From NCBI RefSeq assembly GCF_902459465.1, contig NC_047080.1, forward strand, positions 10,788,001-10,852,000: a stretch of 64,000 nucleotides of DNA, given 5' to 3'. Positions 11,201 through 23,200 of this stretch are shown here, piece by piece. The position numbers and the translations under genes are program-made. A model generated the notes under the pieces. It saw nothing but the letters and a program-made list of their open reading frames with translations. It did not search any database and was not told where the DNA came from. Within the stretch, counting starts at the first letter, position 1, and the number at the start of each line of letters is the position of its first letter. The stretch is from Asterias rubens. Taxonomy: Eukaryota.

Positions 11201-14200
11201 TCTTTGGGGTCATTACCCAAGTATGACCCTACCTTGCAATCCAGCTATGAAGTTAACTTACCGTCTTGACAGGAGCAGAAGTACTTGTTAACACCATCCA
11301 GACACGTTCCATGTAGGCAAGGCTGGACCTCACAATCATTGATGTTCTCCTCACAATACACACCAGTAAACCCAGCCTCACACAGGCATATAAAATCATC
11401 CACCATATCCAGGCACACCGAGTCATGCATACATGGGTCCCCTGCACACTCATCCGTCTCACTACCACAGCTGTGCCCTACAAAACCTGGCGAGCAACGG
11501 CAGTAGAATCCAGCCACCTGATCGTAGCAGACCCCGCCGTTCTCACATGGATTTGACTCGCAGTCATCGATGTTGATCTCGCAAAAGGCCCCGCTGTAAC
11601 CATCCAGACAGAAGCACTGGAAACTGCCGATGCCATCCATGCATGTCGCTCCATTGAAGCACGGCTGGCTTGCACACTCGTCGACGTTAGTCTCACAGTT
11701 TGGCCCAGAATATCCGACAGGGCATTCACACCTGTACGATGCAACAAGATCGAGACACTCTCCACCGTTTAGACACGGTGATGAGACGCATTCCTGTACA
11801 TCAATCTGGCACTGTCTGCCCGTATAACCCGGCGCGCACACACATGTATAGTCATCTACGAGATCGAGGCAGCCGCCAAAGTTCTGGCACGGTTCTGACC
11901 AGCATTCGTTGATGTCATGCTCACAGATAACGCCGTAGTACCCCGGTGCGCATGCACAGTAGAAAGTCCCAATTCCATCAAGGCACGTGCCGTTGTTCAA
12001 ACAGGGACTCATCTCACAGTCGTCTACCAAAATCTCGCAGTGGAATCCTTGGAAACCGAGGAGACAAAAGCATGAGTATCCTCCGATAGTGTCTACGCAT
12101 GTTGCGCCGTTCTGGCACGGCTCAGACACGCATTCGTCAATCTCCATACCGCATGTTTTTCCCGTGAAACCGACTGGGCACTTGCAGATGAAATCCAGTC
12201 CGGTGTTTTGACACACTGCGCCGTTCTGGCAAGGGTCCGACTTGCAGTGGTTGATTAGAGTCTCGCAGTGGTTCCCGCCGTAGTCTGGCGGACATGCGCA
12301 GAAGTAGCTGCTGAGGAGGTCAATGCATGTTGCATTATTCATGCAGGGGTCGCTGTTACATTCGTTTGTGTTAAACTCACAGTGGGTACCGCTGAACCCT
12401 AAGAGGCAGACGCATCTATAACCGTTATGACGGTCCTCACAGACGCCATACTGGCATGGAGAGCTTTCGCATTCGTTAATCTTGGTGCTGCAGTGTTTCC
12501 CTTTGAAACCAGCCATGCAATGGCACTGGTAGCCACCGATCAGGTCCTCACATCTCCCTCCGTTGTTACATGGTCCGTTAGAACGAGGTCGTCGCCTCCC
12601 CTTTAACCTCTGTTGACACTCATCAATGTCAAATTGACACCTGTCGCCATTGTATCCGTCGACGCACTTACAGGTGAACCTCTGCTTGTGGTCAATACAA
12701 GTCCCGCCGTTCTCACATGGGTCTGACTTGCAGGCGTTGATCCTTAGGATCTGACAATTCTTCCCTGTGTACCTTGGCTTGCAATCACATCTGTAGTCTC
12801 CACTCAAGTCTGTGCACTCCGCTCCGTGCTGACACGGTTCACTCTCGCATTCATCAACGCTGTATTCACAGTACTTCCCATAGAATCCCGTAGGGCAAAT
12901 ACATGCGTAATCAGCCACTAAGTCCACACACGTACCGTTGTTCTGGCACCGTTCCGGAGAACAGTCGTCACTGTTGATCTGGCAACGCGTTCCCCGGTAA
13001 CCCATTGTGCAAATGCAGGTGTAACTCATCGAGCCATCAATGCACATGGCACCGTGAAGACATGGGTTGGAATCGCAATTCGTGGTGTCGGTTTCGCAGT
13101 TGGTTCCAATGTATCCGTCGGCGCAGAGGCATTTGTAGCCAGTCTGCGCTTCCTCGCACGTCCCGTGATGAAGACATGGCCAGCTTTCGCAGAAGCTCAG
13201 ATGCTCTTGACACAGGGGGCCTTTCCATGGCGGGGAACAAATACAGCGAAAGCCGGATTCAAGTCTCTAAATAAAGAAATAATACAGAAAGATATTTTTA
13301 CTACTATTATATTTCTGATAGTGAAACCAAAGGATGGCTCAAAAGTAAACTTTATTATTTTAAAAATTACAAGAATCCTTGACTACTGATAGCCGGTAAT
13401 AGAGCTATTAGTGCAAGGGGGCAGATGACCATAAACATTTTGTAATTGACCTCCAGTCTTGCAGAATTTATACAATTATCCATTTTATGAATGAAACCCA
13501 TTGGAACAGACGTTGACGTACAATGTTACCATGGACACCGTGAGGCTACAATCGAGCATGCCCAGCCACCTTAAAAAAATTGGTCTGAGTAGTGCACCGG
13601 TCTTTTGTTGTAAGTTTTGCCTCTGGTGATGAAGTAAATTGACTGAACTAATCAGTGTTGACCTAACTCACCCTAGCGGCAGCATAGGGGGTCAGAGATT
13701 TAATGGAGTGTTAAGTCGTGGCTAAGCTGTTAAGAGCACCAGACTCGGGCTCTGCTGAACAGCAGAGTGTGGACTCGTGCACATGTCCTGGGCCCAATTT
13801 CATGGCTCTGCTTACTGCCGAATTCTGCGCTTACGATCACGCTTCCCCGCTTACATGCAAGCGCCGAATTTCTGCGCTAGCCTTGTACGCGTAGAATGCC
13901 TAGTAATGTGAAGTACTCACGCGCAGAAGCCAAAATTCGCCGCTAACCTGTGAAATACGCTTGCCGTAAGCACAGAATTCCCTGCTTCCATAAGTGTCGA
14001 TTCTGTGCTTACGGTAAGCAGAGCCATGAAAATGGGCCCTGGTCATGACATGTGCCCTTATAAAGCCATTGGACACTTTTGGTAAACAGTATTGTCCAAG
14101 TCCCACACTTCGTGTATCACAACTTAAATATAAAATAACAAACCTGTGAAATTTAGGCTCAATCGGTCATCGGAGTCGGGAGAAAATAACGGGAAATAAC

Positions 14201-17200
14201 TTGTTTTTGCACATTTCGCCGTGTCATGACATGTGTTTACTTTAAATCCGTAATTCTCGATGTCGAGAATTTATAATTGTTTCAATGTTTTCTCAAAAAA
14301 TAAAGCATTTCATGGAATAATATTTCAAGAGAAGTCTTTAACCATAACTTTCTGTAAAACCTGTAAGTTATTTGTAAATCTGTGAACTTTTTTTTTCTGT
14401 TCTGAAAGTGTACAATGGCTTTAAGCAAGATACTTTCCAATAACTGCCTTGTCCTTAATGGAATATTAAATTGTAGGTTCCATTATGTATACATGGAACA
14501 ATTTAACGAAGGATTGGTTGTGCTCTTAAAAGGACACAGAGTATTCATTATGAAAGAGTATAGGGGAAAACCACAGCGTTTCTGGTTCACATAGCGATTG
14601 TCCTTGTTAACCAGTTTCCTGAGGCTTGCGAGATTAATGAAGTTCAATCATTTTAGTCATCCTTGGTTTCATAAGAAGAATTATATGATAAGTATAATAG
14701 TTATAGTTGTGGTTCAAATGAAGCGTAGATAACTAGGCCCAATTTCATAAAGCCTGTTTGCACAAAAACTCGCTAAACACAGAATAGTATTGCTTAACAG
14801 AGTCGGCTTACCAGCCAAAATTACATTAAGTTTGCATTGCTGTGGCTGGTGCCTGACACAATTTTTTGCTTAGCAAAGAAATTTGTCAAGCAGTATTTTC
14901 TGCTGAACGACTTTATAAAAATGGGCCCAAGTCTTTGACAATTATCAGTGTTGCCTACAACGTGCTTCGAGGCTCGACCTAGGAACTCTTGTCTCCACCA
15001 AATTTCTCTGTAGAAATCTACATCTTTCTGCGTAAGTAATTTGATTTGTAGCATTTCAGTTAAGTTTTGTTCAGGAAATTTGGGTCAAAGGACATTTATC
15101 TTTTTTTGTATAAAAGAATGCTCGCAAAATTTAATTTGGTTATTGTCAAAGACCAGGGGTGGATTTCACAAGGGTAGTCCTAACTTAGGACTAGTCCTAG
15201 GCAATGCTAAGAGATAGGACCAGTCCTAAGTTAGGATGAGTTACTGGTCCTAACTTAGGACCTGTCCTATCTCTTAGCATTGCCTAGGACTAGTCCTAAG
15301 TTAGGACTACCTTTGTGAAATCCACCTCAGTATTCTCATTTTTTTGGTTTATCCCAACATACGCATAGAATAACAACTCGGTGACAATTCGGGCTCATTA
15401 TTAATCAGAAAGTTGAAAGAAAGAAAATGATGAAATAATAAAAAACCCACTTGTTAATAGGCATCTGAAAGCACACAAATGTTTGCAAAAGGGTGTTTTT
15501 GCTTTAATTACTCTCTTGCAACTTCGAGGACTTATTGAGTCAAAGTTTTCACAGTTGTTTTTTTTCTACAAAATGTTGGGATACACCAGGTGAGAATACT
15601 GGTCTTTGAAAATTACCAAACGTTTCAAGTGTCTTTAACCATTTTTTAAAATTTATTATCATCATTATTTATTTTTATTTTTTTTGTTGGGGGGGGGCGG
15701 GGGTAACAGGATCTAAGACACATTTTGATATTGTCAAAGACCCGTCTTCTCTGTTGTATCTCAACATATGCACAAAATACCAAACATGTGAAAATTTGAA
15801 CTCAAATGGTCGTCGAAGTTGTGAGATAATAATGGAAGAAAAACACCCTTGTCACACAAAGTTGTTTGCTTGAGTTCGAGACATCAGCTGAGGTCTCAAA
15901 TTCAACTTAAATATTTAAGTGAGAAGTTACTTCTTAATCAAAAACTATGTTACTTCAGAGGGAGCTGTTTCTCACATGGTTTTATACTATCACCAGCTCT
16001 CCAGCATCGTTACCAAGTTAATAATTATATTGAGATAGTGTCCATTGCCTTTAAAATGAAGGACACTGATGGTAGGATCCCAAAGAAAATTGAGGTTTCT
16101 GAATAAGAGAGTAAACTTTGGGTATTACTTACCTCACAGGAACCCTCTCCACAAGGTTGGTCTAAACAAGGGTCAGAATCTGTCAAATTTAAAGAGGAAA
16201 TGGTTTTAATCAAATGACATATTTGTGTCATTTTTTATAGTCAAACATGTTTCAGAACTACACTGGTTTTAGTATTTTAAACTTAAAAGGAATGATTTTT
16301 TTTGTTGATAGTCATTTTAGGGTGTCATGAAATAGTTAAAAATGTTTATATTTATAAAGCAGAGAGATGGAATATTATTGATATGGATATTAATTTTGGT
16401 TTCAACCAAAGTTTTTCTAAGACATACATCTGCAGATTTAACAACTCTGAAAACACATGAATTTGTGCAAGAAGGGTGTTATTTCTTTCGTTATTCTTTT
16501 GCATCTTTGATGACCAATTATTGAGTCAAAATGTTGACGAGTTTGTTATTCTATGCATATGTTGGGATACGCCGAGTGAGAATTCTAGTCTTTGACAATT
16601 ACCAAAGGTGTCCAGTGCCTTTAAGCATGTTACTTTCATTTTAGAAAACCTCTTTGTAAGCCTTCCCATGAATATAGTTGTATCCCTACAATGTGTAATG
16701 ATCTAGAATCAAGCTGCAAATCCCCTGCAGCCTAGTCGCCAGCCTTGTCGCCATTTTCGCAACCAACTTGAAAATATTATTAGTTTCCTTTCGTAATTCA
16801 ATGAGATTAAATCGATCGCGAAATCGAAGGACACGTCATTATAAGAATTCTATGGCATGGGGATTTTAAAGCCGCCCAATTTTTTATTTTATTTTTCAAA
16901 GGGGTTGTTAGTGTTTTCAACAGCAAAACTCTTACACAATCTCTTACCCACACAAATTCCCAAACTCAGAGGGAAAGGCAACTTTTGTTACTGACTAATC
17001 CATTTTTCGCTTGCCTTCTTTCGTGGTGGTGTTTCTAATATAATATAATAATATCGAAGTCTTATATAGCGCACGTATCTACCAAACAAGGTACTCAAGG
17101 CGCTGAGTATAAACAAACTTTCAGAAAGATAGGTTATGCAGTGATGAATTCTAAGACCCAATTATTTAGCACCTTATAAGGGTTTACAAGGTGCTACGGC

Positions 17201-20200
17201 GCATTAAGCAGCCACAACCAGGAACACCGGGGCGAACGCCTTCTCTTTTCGATAAGTGCACTGGGTTCTTTTACATGCGTTACACAACACATGGGACCAA
17301 CGGCTTTACGTCCCATCCGAAGGACGAAGCAATGGTTTAGTGTCTTGCTCAAGGACACAGTGTCACGGCTGGGGATTCGAACCCATACTCTGCTGATCAG
17401 AAACACCAGAGTTTGAATTCGGTGCTCTTAACCGCTCGGCCACGACACTTAATATGTTTTTAAGTCACTTTAAAGCTCTCCTTTGACATTTGTCTTGCAG
17501 TTTACCCCTTGGTTTTTTCATTTCATAAACTACACCCCCCCCCCTATGAAAGGCTTGGTGTACATTTGGTAATTACTCCACAAGTTAATTCTTACTTGGT
17601 AAAGATCACTGGAGACCTGTTGATATTATAAAACATTGTTAGAAACAACCCCCTCTGGAGTAATGTAGTCTTGGAAAAAAAAGGTTATTTGTCACCAACA
17701 AATTTGAATCTGAGACAGGCATCTGATGAATGCACAAAACTCTATGCAAAAAAAGGACTTTGTTTTCTTTTCGTTCATAAAATTTGGTTTTTACCCTTTT
17801 ACCGACCAATGTGTATTAATTGAGTCACTTCACGTATAATTCTACTTAACGCTATCTGTCCACGGTCAATAAATATATTTTTTTATTATTTGTTGTTAGT
17901 GGTAGGGGTTTGAGGTGCAAGTAAACACCATCGACCTTTCAAATCCATAACCCATTGGCATGGTAACGGCTCATTTTGTTGTGTGTTGGGCATTTTAGAC
18001 CAATTATGGGGGGAAAACTCCAAGATTTGGGTTATTAAAATTATTAATCAATGGTGGGTAGTCCACAAGCCTACAGAGTTCTTAGGATAAGGTGCTGGAT
18101 TGATCAAAGTAGTGCTATGTTTTAATGTTATTAATTCAAGCACAGGGAGTAACTTCAAAACGCATTTTTCCCATGATTTTTAGGAAAAGAAATCTTTTTT
18201 TTAGGCAGTACTGTCCCAAAAGGATACATTTTTTTTTCACCAGACATGAAAAGACCAATGTTTTCCCTAATCACAACAGAGAGGAAAATGTACTTTTCCG
18301 AACTCTGTGAATAAAAAAACACAGGCACTCCTCAGGGTGGGATTCGAACCCACAACTTTTGCATTGCTAGAACAGATGTCCACTGGTCCACCGAGCTAGC
18401 CCGGTGGAATAGTGGCAGTCAGAATCCACAGCAATGATTTGATACTAGTACAGTATTTTCTTGCAGCTTTGATGAGCAACTAGGTTCATTTTTTTCACAT
18501 GTTTGTTACTGTATGCACACTATATTTCTTTATTATGAATTGAACTGGTCTTCAAGGTGAAAATTACAAAAAGTTTACCCTCCTTAAACAGGATTGATTT
18601 CTTGGGTAATTGCGGCACCACGCAAGGAGGTCATGCTAACTTACATGGTTTGCAGATAATGGTGATAGAAAGCTTTACCTACATTATTAATATTACTTTG
18701 TTTTGTTTTTTGAGAAAATGGATATAAAACAGTTTAAAAAAAAATGGTTTCTTTTATTGGGGCGAAAGTTTTTTCAGCATGTATAACAGATTTTTGCGAC
18801 TTTCCTGAAACAATTGCTCTGTGATTTTTACTCTTTTTTCCCCCCTCCAAAACTTAATGACTAATGAAGCTGAAAATTGATCTTCAGAAGGTTTAAAAAC
18901 CCTTTAGGCCAGAACATTTCCTTTGGTCTTACCGAAAAGCAGTACTTGAAATGGTTTGTTGCTCCAATGCACTTTCTGCTTCAGCAACTCCATAAATATG
19001 GCCCCTAATTGAAAAACTAAATGAAGTGGGGAGCCCCCTCCCCATTCAACCACTTAGCTCCTACCATTCCTAACCCATGACCCATAATACATCCTTGCAT
19101 GCCCTCCCCTCTGCCGACACTATGTCATCTTAAAGGCAGTGGACACTATTGGTAAACACTCAAAATAATTATTAGCATAAAACCTTACTTTCTGACGAGT
19201 AATGGGGAGAGGTTGATAGTACAAAACTTTGTGACAAACGGCTCCCTCTTAAGTAATGTAGTTTTTGAGAAAGAAGTAATTTTCCACAAGTTTGATTTTG
19301 AGACCTCAGACTTAGGATTTGAGGTCTCGAAATCAAGCATCTGAAAGCACACAACTTCGGGTGACAATGACCGATTGTGCTCAAATTTTCACATTTTTGT
19401 TTTGTTTATGCATATGTTGAGATACACCAAGTAAGAAGACTGGTCTTTGAAACTTACCAATAGTGTCCAGTGTCTTTAAATTCTAAATACAGGCCTTTAT
19501 TATGTGTTGGCTATTTCGGGTTTATTTTTAGGTTTACAAGAGCCTTCATAATGTGTAAAATCGAAGCAGTGTACTTTAACCAATTTATTTTGGTTCATTC
19601 AATTGATTTACTGCAATAGAATTTCATTTCAAAGAGTGGTCGCGCTTTTTGAGATATCACCGAAAATCAAAGCACGCAGATAGAATATTCCAGTAGTGGA
19701 AAAGAAATTGCTGTCTCTTAGATCCAATGTTTAGGGATAACACAACTGATATATTTTTAATATATTTAAATAACAACATTACTTTGAAGTAAAATGAATC
19801 TTAATTAGTCAGTAATTTGGACTCGTCATCGAAGTTGCAAGAGAACAATGAAAGGAAAAAACACCCTTGTTTCATTACTTTGTGTTTTTTAAGATGCATA
19901 ATGAAAAGGGTTCAGCTGAAGTATTTTATTATTTAAGTGAGAAATTACCTCTTTCTCAAAAACTACGATACTTTAGACAGGGAGCCGTTTCCCATGTTGT
20001 TTATACTATCAACAGCTCTCCATTGTTTGATACAAAGTAATTTTTTCATGTTCAATTATTTTGAGTAATTATTACCAATTGTAACCAGTGCCTTTTACAT
20101 CTGATAACCAAACGTTTACCTTCCCTTTAATCTCTAATAGCACTTAATACTGTATTTAACTGAGGGCAGTGTCATTGAAGACTCATTAGCTTGGTTAATT

Positions 20201-23200
20201 TAATTGATTTAACTGCCACCGGTACCCTGCCTCAAAGGATATTAAAGCGAACACGAGCTGAGCTGCGAAACACTTTATTCCTCTATCGTTCCTCACAACA
20301 CACCGGTTGAAACTCCCACGTTGAAACTGAAGAAGATAGGTGAGTTGTTTCTTTGCTGAATTGACACTTTTTAGCGCTGTTCACAGGACAGCAGTTTTAA
20401 CAGGGGTCCCTCGCTTTGTTTTTAGCATGGTTGTAAAATGTAGCAATGTTTGGCAAGATTTTCCAAGAGACCTTGGACAGTAATAAAATTGTTGTCAAGG
20501 CACGTTTTGTAAAATTTTACAACCATGCTATACAATTTAGCAAGGGACACTTACTAAATTGCTCTTGTATGAGCAGGGCTTTTGTATTGAGATATTATGA
20601 TTGTTCAGATGTTATGAAAATTTGATTTCTTTCCTGGAGGGGGAATTTTTTTCAAGTTTCTTCAATTGGATTTAGCTCATATTCAGATTACTGTGAATTT
20701 GTTTGTAAACATGAAAAAAAGTTGCATTTGTTTGGGCTATTTTTTGTGGGGGTCGGGATTAGGTGTGGTCATTCTTTTAGCCTGGTTTTATTGATTGTAG
20801 TCCTGCCAGAAGAAGATAGTGTCTAAAGTTTTCTCACCAGTAAAGAAAAGGCAAAATGTTGGCCCCGATCACAACTTACAAGAAAATAACTTAAAACTAC
20901 TGCTCGTTTGAAATGTGTACAAAATAATTTTAGTATAGTGTATTTTTGTGGAATAGCATTAGAGTAACATTTAAGACATTGAATGAGACTAAAAACTATT
21001 GCTACTAATTACCTCCATTCGATAGAGTTGCTTGAGCAGAAATATTGCTTCAAGAGAAAGAAAGAAAAAAAAAACCTCTCAATTTGAGTTCAAGGATGAT
21101 AAGTGACCAAGTTTGTTTTGTTACATTTGTCATAATGGCTTGGTGACCATTTTTTCTTCTTCAAATAATGCACAACACAAAATCGCCCACTAATGGCCTC
21201 CATTTCTTAGAGTTGCTTAAGCAGACAACATTGCTTAATAATTTCCTACTAAGGGAAAAAACACCCAGTATACTGGTCATCAATGGTACATATGACATAA
21301 CTGGTAAGCATAATGTTGTGCTAAGTTATGACTTTGACCTTGTTGTAACTGCAAATGGCTACGATGTTACGAGTCCTACATAAGTGCTTTTGTCTCATAA
21401 AACATTGCAAAATGTGGGTTTTCTTATTCAACCGTAAATATTTACTCGACCATTTGTTGCTAGGATGGCAAGTATTATTGTTATTATAAGTACAGTATCT
21501 ATGGTAATGAAACCTATCAACCCTCCAAAGTGTCTTAAACTGTGACCTCGAGGCCCGAAGATAACTGTGGGGAAAAAAACATCAGTTTCAGAAGTGGGAG
21601 GGAAAACCTTATAACTATACTAGGGGACAACCCCACATAGTCATCAGGGACCATTTCATGAAGCTATTTAGCAGACAATTCTGCTTACCAAATTTCTTTG
21701 CTATCCCGAAAAGAGTGTGGCACCAGCGGCATCAAGGTTAACTTCATGGAAGGTTGGCTGGTAACCAGTTTCTGTTGAGCAATATTTTTTATGCTTAGCA
21801 AGTTGTTATGCTTACAGCCTTTATGCAAATAAATTGCGCCAAGGTACGAAATGAAACCCAATCCACACATACAGAAGGCTCAGCATGGATGAGGAGAAAT
21901 CAGGAAACCATCCAAGCTGACGTGAATATTAATATAACCGCTTTTATTAATCATGATCGGGAAAACTAAGATCATAAGCTAAATCCACTTATAGTAGCGG
22001 TTCATAGCGCAGAGTTTCAAGGACTACAATCATGCAATAAGGCTGGCTTCTTAGAATGCCGTTTCATGATGAAACTCGCAGGTACAGTAGTAATGTATTA
22101 CTTTACAAAGCACAACACTAAAGTGTGAATTGGTTCATTTTTTTCACCCAACTCTCTGAAGATGGCAGGGATGAAGAGAATCTTAAGCGGTCTCTTTGTT
22201 GTAAGTATATCTCAAAATGGTTTTAATATTGGGAACGGCTTTGTGTTTTAAAAACTCTGGGGCTTAACATGCTTAAGAGGGTTTTGATAGCTTTTTGTAG
22301 ATCAAGATTTTGACCATGACATGAATCCCTATTCACTCTGAATGAAGATGTATGGTATGTAATATAATTCAATGAGTTTCAGGCTCATTGGTCATCAAGT
22401 TTTTTTGAGGGAAAAAAAGTGATAAGCACAGAGCAGTGTTTTTAGGGGAGTCGTGTAAATCTGTTGTACATGCTAAAATAGTTTTCCGTCTCACTGAGAC
22501 ACAAACTATTTTCAGGAAATTGTTTTACTCATTACTACAAAAACTACGGCACCGCGGCAAGATATATTTCAAGAGAAGCTTTCAACTACCATTACCTTTA
22601 AATCGCATAAGTTTTATGTAAGTATGTGGTAGATTGTGTTTTGTTGTGACGTCCAGAAACTACCCAAACCCTTTAATAAGGAAAACAGGCTTTGTGGTTT
22701 GAAAACTTACAATGTACAATCTTTTACTCCCTGTATACAGATGCTGATCTTGCTGAGTTTGATTTCAAAAGGATATGGTGAGTTTGACCCAGGTGATGAA
22801 AATAGCACTCCACATAATTCTTACAATGGGAGACTTTTTGGAACACTAGGTGGCAGCAGACTTGCCAAGTAAATCCATTGTCTCAGGAAAAATTTGATTG
22901 CTCAGAACTGCGTGAACAATGGAAATTTACCTGTAATAAGTCTGCTTCCAACTAGCATCCCGAGGTCTCCCAGTGATTGTTACATTTGAACCCCTAATTG
23001 TTCTGCAATATTATTCGCTATCACTCATGACAAATCTTGATTTGTACATTCTTTAAGGAGAAGTCGAGACTCCTTCTCCTTATTTTGACGATTATGGCAA
23101 CACTATTGCTGCACCAGTGGCCCCACCAGTCACCACTGTGGCCCCACCAGTCACCACTGTTGCCCCGCCAGTCACCACTGTTGCCCCGCAAGTCACCACT

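Noticed and set aside
8550-13389. Many alternative-frame and antisense ORFs over the EGF exons; likewise over the PGBD, TRIM and mucin exons
   Set aside because: These are shadow ORFs caused by codon bias and repeats, with no independent domain signal.
8211-16179. Calling the EGF array Notch, Crumbs or fibropellin
   Set aside because: It has 38 repeats followed by a stop, with no LNR, TM, ankyrin, laminin-G, CUB or avidin domain visible, so no symbol was assigned.
17330-17448. Functional tRNA genes (also 18316, 25012, 58800, 63830)
   Set aside because: A and B boxes are present but continue into SINE bodies, with no complete cloverleaf.
18605-18645. Resemblance to antisense U6 snRNA (cgcaaggaggtcatgctaa)
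   Set aside because: The match is short and mismatched, with no flanking U6 sequence.
18645-18678. Candidate phase 0-to-1 linking exon of the poly-EGF gene (VKLSITIICKP)
   Set aside because: It has a good donor and the right phase but a weak acceptor. Other candidates (about 26357-26388, about 16409-16427, about 22931-23002) have the wrong phase. Left unresolved.
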